DNA of 64,000 nucleotides from Felis catus (taxonomy: Eukaryota). Shown here in pieces: positions 41,452 through 53,165 of the stretch; the stretch's first letter is position 1; every line of letters begins with the position of its first letter. The stretch lies in NCBI RefSeq assembly GCF_018350175.1, contig NC_058368.1, positions 219,668,001-219,732,000 on the forward strand, given 5' to 3'. The notes beneath the pieces were generated by a model, which saw only the letters and a program-made list of their open reading frames with translations, did not search any database and was not told where the DNA came from. Position numbers and translations under genes: made by a program.

Positions 41452-41684
41452 TTATTTTTTTATTTTTTTTATTTTTTCTTAAGGTCTATTTATTTTTGAG
41501 AGAGACCAGAGACAGAATGTGAGTGGGTTAGAAGCAGAGAGAGAGGGAGACACAGAATCTGAAGCAGGCTCCAGGCTCTGAGCTGTCAGCACAGAGTCCA
41601 ACGCGGGGCTCGAACTCACAACCTGTGAGATCATGACCTGAGCCAAAGTCGGACGCTCAACCGACTGAGCCACCCAGGCACCCC
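41452..41684 (-). mobile_element. Can-SINE inside L1
   Basis: Typical body; TSD caagatctca. Confidence 0.93.
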
Positions 41685-41713
41685 AAGATCTCATCATTTT
41701 TTATAACAGAGTA

Positions 41714-41715
<2 letters not shown>

Positions 41716-41755
<40 letters not shown>

Positions 41756-41897
41756 GTATATATGTATATATGTATATATGTATATATGTATATACATATA
41801 CATATACATGTATATGTATATATGTATACATATGTATATATGTGTGTGTATATATATTTGTGTGTGTGTGTATATACATATATACGTGTGTGTGTGC

Positions 41898-41929
<32 letters not shown>
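41716..41929. repeat. Compound (TA)/(TG)/(TATATG) microsatellite
   Basis: Read directly. Confidence 0.95.
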
Positions 41930-43301
41930 CACGTGTTCTTTATCCATTCATCTATCAGAGGATGCTTTTGTTGCTTCGATAACTTAGCTATTGTTAATAA
42001 TGCTGCAATAAACATAGGGCTGCATATATTTTTTCACATTAGTGTTTTAATTTTCTTTGGGTAAATACCCAATAGTGAAATTAGTGGATCACATGATATT
42101 TAGAAATATGATATTTCTATTTTTAATTTTTTGAGGAAACTCCATACTGCTTTCCAAGGTGGCTGCACCAATTTACATTCCCACCAACAATGCACAGGGT
42201 TGAACCTTCAATTTCTTATAAAAAGTCCATCTGTGTCTTTGAGCACTCTAACTCATATTTGTGTTGTAACCTAACATTTAACCAATTATGCCATTTTATA
42301 CCATTCATAGCATAAACACTTAGCATTTTTTGTTTGCAAGTGAGTATGGTTATGTCATAGATATAAATCTAGTTTGGGAAAAGTAATTACCAAGTTATGA
42401 TGAACATTTTATTTTGGGAAATATAGATATGAAAAGGAAGATTTCCAAACAATTAAATAAATAATATTTAATATATAATAAAATTCAGGATTATAACAAA
42501 ATGGAAATTTCTAATGATAGCCTCTTCACTTACAGTGTTAAGTAGTATCTCACTGGAATAAATATGGGAAGTTTTGTATGAATATGTTGTATATGAAATT
42601 GATTATAAAAACTGTTAGATCAATTGTAAGGAAAACCATATAGAAACTAAAATTCTTAAAGGATGAAACTATCCAATTTTCATTTTTGAGGCAGAATATT
42701 AACATGGGTATGGCAGACAATTCTCTTTATTCTTGACATTTATTTACTTATATAATAATATTTGTTCCCTGTTGAAAAAAATGTTTGTTTTTTACAGAAA
42801 GTACACTTATTCTACTCCTTACTTGTTAAGATTTAAAAGTATATGTTTTTCCATTTTACAAATGACAAGAAAACAATTTTAGCTTTAGTTTAGTAAGCCG
42901 TATTTTAACCTATTTCCCTAATTTCACAAAGTATAGAATTTTAGAAATTGATTATTAATACCAATTTACGCAACATATATTTTTATTTCAGTATTTTTGT
43001 ATTGGTATGGATGTACATATAAGTATCTTAAATTTAAACTTCTGTTTTAAATAGATTTTTCATTTGTTTTGGCTATTGTCAATTCATTGAAAGTACAGTG
43101 CCTTTCTTAGTATTGCCAACAGTGTACGTATATGGAATAATTTTTATACTCTCCAACCTCTGAAAATTTAGTTTCTGCTTTTTCTTGATATGTAAATGTT
43201 TGGAAAAGTCATATGGTTGTTTTTATTTTATATAAATGCAGTATTTCTCCAAATATATTTTCAAATCATTTTTTCATCATAAAGATATTCTATGTCCGTA
43301 C

Positions 43302-43633
43302 TGATATAGACTGAATGTTTGTGTCCCCCTCCTCAAATTTATATGGTGAGGCTTAATCCCTGTTGTGATGGTATTTGGAAAGGAGCACACAGCCCTCATG
43401 AACAAGATTAATGTCTTATAAAAGGGACCCCCAAAACTCCCTGCAACATGAGAGAACACGCTGAAAATGCTGGACTATGACGCAGGATGCCAGTCTTCAC
43501 TGGACTCTGGATATGTCAGCAATACTTTGATCTTGGACTTCCCAGTCTCTAACATTGTCAGAAAAAAATCCTGCTGTTTATAAGCCACCCAGTCTATTGT
43601 ATTTTATTATAGCAGCTCAAACAGACTAAGACA
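43302..43633 (+). mobile_element. MaLR solo LTR (MLT1A-like)
   Basis: tgatatagactgaatgtttgtgtccccc...tcttggacttcccagtctc...tttataagccacccagtcta...gcagctcaaacagactaagaca. Confidence 0.88.
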
Positions 43634-43746
43634 AAATAGATTTAAATTTTCTTTTTGTCTCTGTATAATATTTACAAATATAAATTGACCTAAGTTTAGC
43701 GAGACGTTTATTACTGAAGTACATTTAAGATTTTTTTTCCAATCTA

Positions 43747-43910
43747 GGGGCACCAGGGCGGCTCAATCAGTTAAGCTTCTGACTCTTGATTTCAGCTCAG
43801 GTCATGATCTCATGGTTTGTGCTTTCTAGCCCTGCATCAGGTTCTACACTGAGGCTGCTTGGAATTCTCTTTCTTTCTCTCTCAAAATAAAGAAGTAAAA
43901 TTAATAAAAA
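43747..43910 (+). mobile_element. Can-SINE (shortened)
   Basis: ggggcaccagggcggctcaatcagttaag head and an A tail. Confidence 0.88.
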
Positions 43911-44796
43911 TATTTTTTTCAAACTAACTGTAATAATCATTATAAACAATTCACTGATTAGTATATATATATTTTTAACATTCTTTGATGTGGTCCTAGA
44001 GGGGGTGTGTGTGTGTGTGTGTGGGTGTGTGTGTGTGCGTGACAGAGAGAGAGAGAGAGGGAGAGATTACTGTGAAATTGCCTTCCAAATTAACCATAGC
44101 ATTTTACTCTTACCAACAGTAAATGACTGTGCTTGTTTTCAATTCTTTATATGAATGATATTCTGAGAAGCTTAAAATGTGGACTATCTAATGGTTTGTA
44201 AAATTATTTATTTTTATAAATTGTTACATATTATTATGATAAAAACATAATTTCTTATGCTTATTAATTGTGCATTTTTTCTATTGTGCATGACTTTGGT
44301 TTTTATTTTTAATTTTGATCCAGATATATATATCATATATTTCTTTAGAAATTTTGTACTTTTGGAAACTTTCCTTAACCTGATATATAAGCATATTATT
44401 CTGGTTGTTCTTTTTATTTGTAGTGTCTTTGGCGTTAGTTTTTATTTATAAAATGTTTGATTTTGAGTAACATACATTTTCACAGAATATAATCTATGTC
44501 ACTTAAAATTTCAAGATTATTATATTGCATTAATTTAAAAAATATTCTTTGTACATATAATCTTCTGGATTGTCTGTGCCTTCTATGTTTTTTGTTATTT
44601 TTTAAAAATAAACTTTGTGCTTTAATGTGATTAATTCCTTAAGACAAATTCCATGATGTAGGTACTATTGAGTTATATGCTATGTATATTACAAATGCTG
44701 ACACATCATAGTTGGTTGCTGTTTTCAATATTATCTGCCCAGTCCCATAAAAAATAAGTAGAACTTATTCGGATATTCATAAAAGCTTTAATTCTC

Positions 44797-45590
44797 TGTG
44801 ATGGATAAGGCATTTAGGCCCCCATGAAACTGATGTAATTTTAAGTCATGCACTCTGGCTGGAGTGGACAAACCAAGACAGGTATGGAAATGAACCCAGC
44901 AGGTGTTATTCTCAGCAAAGATCTGGAGGTCTGATAGACAAGGAATTAAGTTATGCTCTGGCACATAATGACTAGGTGATCTTAAGTCACTACTGTCTAT
45001 GACCATCAGCTTCCTCATAGCTATATGGGAATGTTGTGTAGAGTTAACAAAACTCCTACTCTATGGACAAATAAGTTTCTACCCCTGTTTTTCCTATAAA
45101 AGTAGGATGCCAGCTGTGTAACTCGGTATCATTGCTTATAGCAAACATGACCCCATATAGGTAAATGACATCTGGACAGAAGATCAATGAATAAACCATA
45201 ACTGTCTAGTGAGAGTCATAACTTTGAGACTGTCCTGAGGGCAGTGGATCTTATAACTCAGATTGCCTGTTGAGATCCTGGAAGTCTTGCCTATGGAATT
45301 GTCAGGAGACATATTGGCTCCTCTTTGACACATAGCACTTCTAAGCCAGGGAAGTGCCACCATTTGTGTCTCCTGTCCTTGCACCTGGGCTATCACACTT
45401 TCATACCAGAGAAGAGCTGTATGGTTTGTGGTCTCTTCTGAGAAGACTCATTGAAGAAAAACCCCAGAGGCTGTCCTGCCCCATGCCCTATTTCCTTCCC
45501 TGTGTCCTTTTGGTAAAGCTGGTGCCACATACTGCTTATTGGAGTCTTTTAAGTTTAATGATAGGTTGAGCCTAAGAAAACCCAGACTGG
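44797..45590 (+). mobile_element. Possible old LTR (family unassigned)
   Basis: Starts tgtgatgg, is more GC-rich than its flanks and looks LTR-like; no firm consensus match. Confidence 0.3.
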
Positions 45591-46170
45591 GAGCAAGAAA
45601 TATTAATAATAACCACGTTACAGAGTTGTGAAGAATAAATGAAATAATGTAAATGGAGCTTGGGCATAAGGTCAAAACCTTCTCTGTATCTCAGAAAGAA
45701 CACTTGTGATTAAGCTCTTTTCCTCGTCTTTTCCTTGGGGAAAGCCTGCCTCTGAGCATCCAGTGTGAATAGTCAAGCCATAGTTTTTTTCTTCTTTGCT
45801 TTTCCTTTCTTCTTTCCTTTCTTCCTTGGGGAGGATCCCTAGGGGTACTGTCTCTCATTTTTAATGAGGACTTTGGTCAATGATACTCAGAGCAGCGTTC
45901 CTTGTTCTTGTAACAGATATTTCAATCCTGCTGGTCTGTAGCAACTGCTTCTTATACATGGCATTTGCACTAGCAATCAAAGACTGTTCCTTAATATAAA
46001 GATCCAAATATAAATTAAAAAAAAAACTCCAGTCTACATTATCCTATGCTAAAACATTTGTTTGCACACAATACAAAGTTCTATTTCAAATGAAAGAGAG
46101 ATCTACTGAACACTTTGTGTGACTACTACAGTTATCTCAAGCAACTCTTTCTTTAAAAAGTGAGATTTGG

Positions 46171-46784
46171 AATGCAAACTGGTACAGCCACTCTGGAAAA
46201 CAGTGTGGAGGTTCCTCAAAAAATTAAAAATAGACCTACCCTATGACCCAGCAGTAGCACTGCTAGGAATTTACCCAAGGGATAGAGGAGTACTGATGCA
46301 TAGGGGCACTTGTACCCCAATGTTTATAGCAGCACTCTCAACAGTAGCCAAATTATGGAAAGAGCCTAAATGTTCATCAACTGATGAATGGATAAAGAAA
46401 TTGTTGTTTATATACACAATGGAGTACTACGTGGCAATGAGAAAGAATGAAATATGGCCCTTTGTAGCAACATGGATGGAACTGGAGAGTGTTATGCTAA
46501 GTGAAATAAGTCATACAGAGAAAGACAGATACCATATGGTTTCACTCTTATGTGGATCCTGAGAAACTTAACAGAAACCCATGGGGGAGGGGAAGGAAAA
46601 AAAAGAGGTTAGAGTGGGAGACAGCCAAAGCATAAGAGACTCCTAAAAACTGAGAACAAACTGAGGGTTGATGGGGGGTGGGAGGGAGGGGAGTGTGGGT
46701 GATGGGTATTGAGGAGGGCACCTTTTGGGATGAGCACTGGGTGTTGTATGGAAACCAATTTGACAATGAATTTCATATATTGAA
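46171..46784 (+). mobile_element. Young 5'-truncated felid L1
   Basis: Open ORF2 C-terminus (...[22 protein letters not shown]...EKDRYHMVSLLCGS*) and G-rich 3'UTR; perfect 16-bp TSD aaaaagtgagatttgg at 46155-46170 and 46785-46800. Confidence 0.96.
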
Positions 46785-47603
46785 AAAAAGTGAGATTTGG
46801 GTGTCTCCGTGGAAATTCAGTGGAGTTTTTCTGTATGAATATCATCTTTAGATAGACCCCTACCCCCAGAAAAAGGGGTCACAGTCATTGATGTTAAGCT
46901 TTACCAGCATAGAAAGTAAATCATTCCAACTTTGGCATCCAATCTTACATTAGCCAAAGTCACACATGGGTATATTGTTAAATGGCAGTAAGAGTGGATG
47001 GGTGGAAAGAGAACAATCTATTATGATAGATGCAGTGAGGATGGATAGATCAATGCTAGATACACAAGAAATAAGCAGATAGATGATGGTAGAATCAACT
47101 GCCCTCTTCAAAAGTATTGCCTGTTTGTTAACACTGAGACTGTGATTGCCCAATAGACCACATGCTTTCTTTAGCTGCTTAGTGCATTTACTTGAAGTTA
47201 GGTTACATTGGAAGTCAAATTCAAATTACAAAGGTTCTTTGTGAGTATGGAGTCATGGGAGGAGAGACTATCTTCATTCATATCTTCTTAGATAATTGTT
47301 GTAATCACACTGATGGTTAAAGCACATCCATTGGGTTTGGGTTTTCCTACTTGACTTCCAGAGGGCAACCTAATTTCCATTGTGTCTAAATTGACAGGAG
47401 GTGAGGTTCATTGTCATCCCTTTGTAACAATAGCACTAAGTTGATGAGTGCATTATTTATCAAATTTATCAGGAACTAGATGCAAAAATTAAAGATTACC
47501 TTGAACTGGTCAGGTTTCCATTTTAATGGAAACACTCAAATATTATTTTTCATCATCTGTTAAAAACAATTGTGATAATGTCACCATTAAATTGTTGAAG
47601 ACA

Positions 47604-47822
47604 GGGGCGCCTGGGTGGCGCAGTTGGTTAAGCGTCCGACTTCAGCCAGGTCACGATCTCGCGGTCCGTGAGTTCGAGCCCCGCGTCGGGCTCTGGGCTG
47701 ATGGCTCAGAGGCTGGAGCCTGTTTCCGATTCTGTGTCTCCCTCTCTCTCTGCCCCTCCCCTGTTCATGCTCTGTCTCTCTCTGTCCCAAAAATAAATAA
47801 ACATTGAAAAAAAAATTTTTAA
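47604..47822 (+). mobile_element. Young felid Can-SINE
   Basis: CpG-rich; TSD aaattgttgaagaca at 47589-47603 and 47823-47837. Confidence 0.96.
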
Positions 47823-48020
47823 AAATTGTTGAAGACAAATGAAGACTTTACTTCACTTCCTACATAAGTATTGTGCTTTTGCATGTCTAATATCTCATCT
47901 CTTCATTCACATCTGTTAAAACTTAAATTACCAGAGCATTTTTGCCCAATTAAAATTTTTTTGTAAATTTTCTTTAATGCTTTAATGTATAAAAATTGAA
48001 AACTCAATGTTTATTTTTCC

Positions 48021-48051
<31 letters not shown>

Positions 48052-48291
48052 ATTTAGAGATATTTATTCTGTAGCCTTAAGTGTCATTATGACATAATTT
48101 CCCTAATGGAAAATTACCCAGAGTATTTAATTTTCAATATAAACTGAAAAAAATATCATTAATTCTCGTATCTTTGTATTTCTTGATTTCCTTATATACA
48201 ATTCATTTTACAAATTTATATTTTACTCAAGTAACATTGCTGGGCTAGATCATATTCCATAATAGTATTTAATTTATTCTATGCAATGTCA

Positions 48292-48470
48292 GGGGCGCCT
48301 GGGTGGCACAGTTGGTTAAGCATCGACTCTGGATTTCGGGTTCTGTGCTGGGTGCAGAGCCTGCTTAAGGTTCTTTCTTTACCCCTCCCTCTGCCCCTCC
48401 CCTGCTTGTGCTCTCTCTCAAAATAAATAAATAAATAAATAAATAAATGAGTAAATAAATAAATAAAAAT
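48292..48470 (+). mobile_element. Short Can-SINE with (AAAT)n tail
   Basis: ggggcgcctgggtggcacagttggttaag head with an internal deletion. Confidence 0.9.
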
Positions 48471-48526
48471 ATCAGTACAGCAAAGTCATAGTATGAAAAA
48501 TAATATTAATAGTAGTCCTTACATTT

Positions 48527-48727
48527 TAATTTTTTTAATTTTTTTTGAGAGAGAGATAGAGAACAAGTGGGGAGGCAAAGAGAGAGAGGGAGACACAGAA
48601 TCTGAAGCAGGCTCCAGGCTCTGTGCTGGCAGAACAGAACCTGATGCTGGGCTCAAATTCCCGGACCATGAGATCATGACCTGAGCTGGAGCTGGACACT
48701 TAACCAACTGAGCCACCCAGGTGCTCC
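48527..48727 (-). mobile_element. Can-SINE
   Basis: Typical body; flanking repeat tacatttta. Confidence 0.92.
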
Positions 48728-49081
48728 TCAGTTCCTACATTTTAAATGTTAGATCTGGCATTATGTTAAATACTCTCTATACATTTATACAATTAGTATA
48801 TCATTAATATAAATATATTAATAGAAATGGATATTAATAGAAATGGAATAATTATTGGATGAATAAATATTAATAGTAATGGAATAAATATTAATAGAAA
48901 TGGAAATCCAGACTGGGAAAGAGTAAGTTCTTGTCTTAAATTACAAAGTCAATATGTTGTAGAAATTGGTCTGTGTGACATCTATGCAGAATACTTAATC
49001 ATTATGGTATTGGTATCAATTCTATTCATAATATCTTAGTGAACCCAATGAATAGTTTTCTTTGAAAACACTTTTACGTAA

Positions 49082-49275
49082 GGGGGTACCCAGTTGGCTC
49101 AGTTGGTTAAACATTTGACTCTTGATTTCAGAGGGGTCATGAGCTCCTGGTTTGTGAGTTTGAGCCCCACATGGGACTCAATGAGAAGGCTCTAAGCTGA
49201 CAGTACAGAGCCTGTTTGGGATTCTCTCTCTCCCTCCTATTGCCTTCTCTGTCTCAAAATAAATAAACTGAAAAA
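49082..49275 (+). mobile_element. Can-SINE
   Basis: gggggtacccagttggctcagttggttaa head and an A tail. Confidence 0.88.
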
Positions 49276-49386
49276 CAATTAATGCATTGCAATAAGAATA
49301 TATAGTATAGGCACTCGGAATTATTTATTCAGACACAATAAAATTGTTAGAGCTAATTTTGTGTCAATATCACATAAACCAATGTT

Positions 49387-49601
49387 TATTTTTAATTTTT
49401 TTAAATTTATTTTTGAAGGAGAGAGAGAGAAAGAGCATGAGCGGGGGAGGAGCAGAGAGAGAGGGAAACACAGAATTCGAAGCAGGCTCCAGGCTTTATG
49501 CTGTCAGCACAGATCCTGACGCAGGACTGGAACTCAGAAACCATAAGATCATGACCTGAGCTGAAGTCAGATGCTCAACCGACTGAGCCACTCAGGTACC
49601 C
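49387..49601 (-). mobile_element. Can-SINE
   Basis: TSD cacataaaccaatgtt at 49371-49386 and 49602-49617. Confidence 0.94.
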
Positions 49602-50588
49602 CACATAAACCAATGTTACATTGCTGTTATATGCTCCTCTATCCAAAAGCAATAAATATTCTTTTAACTTTATACTATTTTTCATCATTTTAATCTTTTT
49701 TTTCTATGTTAGGATAAAAAAGAAGGGCAAAATTATTTTTGGTGACATGAATAGAATCCAATATCAATTTTTCACATTCGTGGTGTACAGAGAACAAAAG
49801 ATAATGAGTTTTATTTAGAATGTAAGCAATCAAAGAGACACAGAATTGATACTTGGCTGTCTGAGTATGCATATCAACTATGCCAAATAGACCTGCTATT
49901 TAAAACTTTTTGAGGAATTTGTAGTCAAAGAAACTACTCTGTACATTCTTAAAGTGAACTCAAGCCATAAAGAAATAAATCGTGTTTTATGGCAACAGTA
50001 GCGTGACTCAACATTGGGTAGCCTTCAGAAATGTGCACTGGGAGATCATAAGAGCTTGCCTTATTTGTAGAAATAATTAACAAGTCCATGCTGATGTCTT
50101 TGATCTCCTTCTGTTGCATTCCACTATCTATTTTGTAAATGAAACAGTGAGAAGTCTTTACTAGTGACTAGAGTTATGGAAGCTGCAAGAAGGGAAAAAC
50201 AAAACAAAACAATGGACATAAGAAATGGAAGAATGTGCACAATATGGAAAAAAAGATAAAAGAAATGAATAGAAAATAAGTATAGAAGAATGTAAACATA
50301 GAAAAATTACGTCAGAGATCACATGTGTCAGGGCTGTCATCCTAATAGATACTCAATTTTTTAAAGAAATATCCGCCCTGATATATATATTTATACTAAT
50401 GGTGTACATCCAGTTTTTAGCACGACAGAAACAAGTTAACATTAAAAATGTAGGTACTGCTATTCATATTATTTTTCATATTATGAATTTGTTATATTGA
50501 CATTTTCCAGGATAAATTAAATACTATTGTTGAGTATAATCTAGCCCAGAAATTTTACATGAGTAAAATATAAATTAAAAGACAAATT

Positions 50589-50643
50589 AGAAAGAAAGAA
50601 AAAGAAAGAAAAAGAAAGAAAGAAAGAGAAAGAAAGAAAGAAA

Positions 50644-50676
<33 letters not shown>

Positions 50677-50722
50677 AAAGAAAGGAAGAAAGGAGGAAGA
50701 AAGAAAGGAAGGAAGGAAGAAA
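50589..50722. repeat. (GAAA)n/(GGAA)n polypurine microsatellite
   Basis: Read directly. Confidence 0.95.
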
Positions 50723-50955
50723 GGGGTGCCTGGGTGGCTCAGTCAGTTAAACATCTGACTTCTGAATTTGGCTCAGGTCACGATCTTACAGCTCGTGAGT
50801 TCAAGTCCTGCGTCATGTTGGGTGCTGACAGCTCAGAGGCTGGAGCCTGCTTTGGATACTGTATCTCCCTCTCTATCTGCGCCTCCCCTGCTCACACTCT
50901 GTCTCTCCTTCAAAAACATTAAGAAAATGTTTAATAAAAAAAAGAAATAAAAAAT
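50723..50955 (+). mobile_element. Can-SINE
   Basis: ggggtgcctgggtggctcagtcagttaa head and an A tail. Confidence 0.93.
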
Positions 50956-51274
50956 AGAAAAAGATGAGAATTAACAATTTTCCTACGATCTCTGGGAATA
51001 TATAGAAACATATTTTCCAAATTCTTTCCAACAAAGCTATCTTCCAAATGAAGAGGGTTTGGCAATTATTGAAGGAGTTTGTTTCTAAGATAGCCCAACA
51101 TATCAACAATATCATATGCTCAGATAGGACTCCTTTTCTCTTACAAAGGAAGATATTACTTTCCTGTATGTCTAAGGAAGTCCCTGGAGATCATTGTTTG
51201 TTTGTATGTTTCTTTGTTTTTGTTTGTTGCATTTGTTTGTTAATTTACATCACTAATACATTTTAAGAATTCCT

Positions 51275-51600
51275 TATCAATTCCTTCTCCAAAATATTGG
51301 GCCACAAATGTTTAGAATGCAGATTGGTTTTGGAATTTAACATAATAATAAGTGGCATAAATATCATAAGCACGTCAAGATTCAAGGCTGCACTCTGTAA
51401 TCAAATATTCTCCTATTGTTGATAACATATGAATAATCACTGAATGTGGGCTAAATAATTACTATACATAGCCTCATGCCCATGCAAGGCTAGTTTTGCT
51501 GCCAATGAACTAGTACAAAACCTCAGCAACAATAACAGCAACAAAACATTTTGGTTTTCAAAGCGTTTAGGGTCTTGGAATTGCTATAGGGTATTGAGAA
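51275..51600. mobile_element. MER46C-like non-autonomous TcMar-Tigger DNA transposon
   Basis: gtaatcaaata...atatgaataatcactgaatgtgggctaaataa..actatacatagcctcatg...gttttgctgcca...ggttttcaaagcgtttagg..ttggaattgc follows the MER46C consensus as recalled. Confidence 0.7.
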
Positions 51601-52668
51601 AAGTATTATTAAAAAGGAGATTTAAGCTTTATTAAACTTCTTCTTTTCTTATTAAAAGTGATGTTTGATCATTCAGACTTAAAGTAAACCTTTTCTGTAA
51701 TCCAAATATATAGGCAATTTAAATTTCTTATTACTTTTATTTTATACAATTTTTTTAAATTGGAAATCTAGAGAAAGGTGTCAGGTTATTTTTCTCATCT
51801 ACAATAGATGTAATGGGTCAAAGATTACTATTGTTTATTAGTTTTTTTTCTTCAGTGTAGTGATTTTGAAATAGATTTTTGCTTAAATTTTGTATAAAGC
51901 AATTTAACTAAACACGACCATTTGAGTGTTTTGTGGTATGCTGAATTATATCCTGTTGTGTTTTTTTTTTAACTGAGATTAAATAAATAAGTGTATTGCC
52001 AAGAATAAAGGTGGTATTGAACTTAAGAGCCAATATTTTGGCAAAGCATCATTACCCATAGGGGTCTCATTAATGCTTTGGCACAAAAATTGGGTAAACA
52101 ACATGTGTTTTACTAAATCTATTTAGCCCCCAGGGAGGACTTTAGCATAGGGAGAACAATATGGAACATCAGCTTTTACTGAGTTTCCCAAATGGTCATT
52201 GCTATTTTATGGAGATGAGGACACAGGTAGTATTACAAAGTTTCCCAAATAATAGTTGGGAAATCATTTCGATATTGGATACTTTAATACCATTACTACT
52301 AATTTCTCCAATCCCATTCCTCTCCCACACACACGGGGGGACACATGGGGGCACACCCACACAAAGCACTGCGTTATAAAGAATTTTTCACACTTAAAAT
52401 GTATGTTTAATATTTTTTTCATGAATTCTAAAACACAACTTCCTATTTCAGATGTAATTTTTTTTTCTGATGGCACCAGAGTATGCTAATATGCAGAGGC
52501 ACCACTAGCAAAGGCTTGTTTTGTTTGAATTGGATAAAGGCAGCCTGCTAGATGGCTGAATTCAGAGAAGACCCTACTAGAGCACAAGAAAGTTAACCCA
52601 TCACTGACCCCCTCAGCTGAAGACTGCTGTGGGAGCGAATGTAAAAGTGATTCTTAGATAGTAAAAAC

Positions 52669-52696
52669 CTATCTATCTATCTATCTATCTATCTAC
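52669..52696. repeat. (CTAT)n microsatellite
   Basis: Read directly. Confidence 0.9.
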
Positions 52697-52879
52697 TCAG
52701 GTGTAATATGTACAAAACTTTAATGCATGAGTCAATGGAGGCAATACTCATGATGATTTTTCAAACCACTAACTCCACACTGTTTTAAAGTAAGTTGAAA
52801 ATGTCATCGTTACAGTGCCTGGTCACGTTTCTATGAATCTATAGTTTTTGTCTTTTTTCCCTATACCATCACACCTTAA

Positions 52880-53165
52880 TGTTGACATAAGTGGAGACCA
52901 CCCCAGTGAGAGCAAATAGAGGCTACTTACTGAGAACTTGCTATAGAAAAGTGCCAGCCGTCATCAACTGTGTTTGGTAGAGATTTAAAGGCAGGTAGGG
53001 GAGTGGGAAAGCTTTAAAGAGAAAAAAAAAATTCAATTATGCTCTGAGTAAAGGGTATTGTCATGAGTAAGTTTAAGAGGGTTAACTTGAAGTGGGGCAT
53101 CTTCGTGTTAGGCTTAGGGTGGAGGGTGCATATTTGACTTTCTCTTATTGGCCCTGAATTGATCC
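52880..53165 (-). mobile_element. ERV1 LTR fragment (MER31-like)
   Basis: ggggagtgggaaagcttta...tatgctctga...gaagtggggcatc...gggtgcatatttgactttctc..ttggccctgaattg. Confidence 0.6.

Larger units (their letters stand above)
41020..42200 (-). mobile_element. Old L1 3' end (L1MA-like) with a nested SINE and microsatellite
   Basis: ttttgaggaaactccatactgctttcca...tttacattcccaccaacaatgcac and antisense 3'UTR motifs. Confidence 0.88.

Noticed and set aside
41657..42064. Stack of overlapping Y/I/C/V-rich ORFs (also 63398-63858 and 23870-24142)
   Set aside because: These are translations of stop-free dinucleotide microsatellites.
45600..47500. Possible ERV internal (gag/pol/env) remnant after the putative LTR
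   Set aside because: I could not identify a primer-binding site or any retroviral protein motif by eye.
48815..48905. Repeat-spacer pattern reminiscent of a CRISPR array
   Set aside because: The context is mammalian, the repeats are short and AT-rich, the spacers are irregular and tiny, and there are no cas genes.
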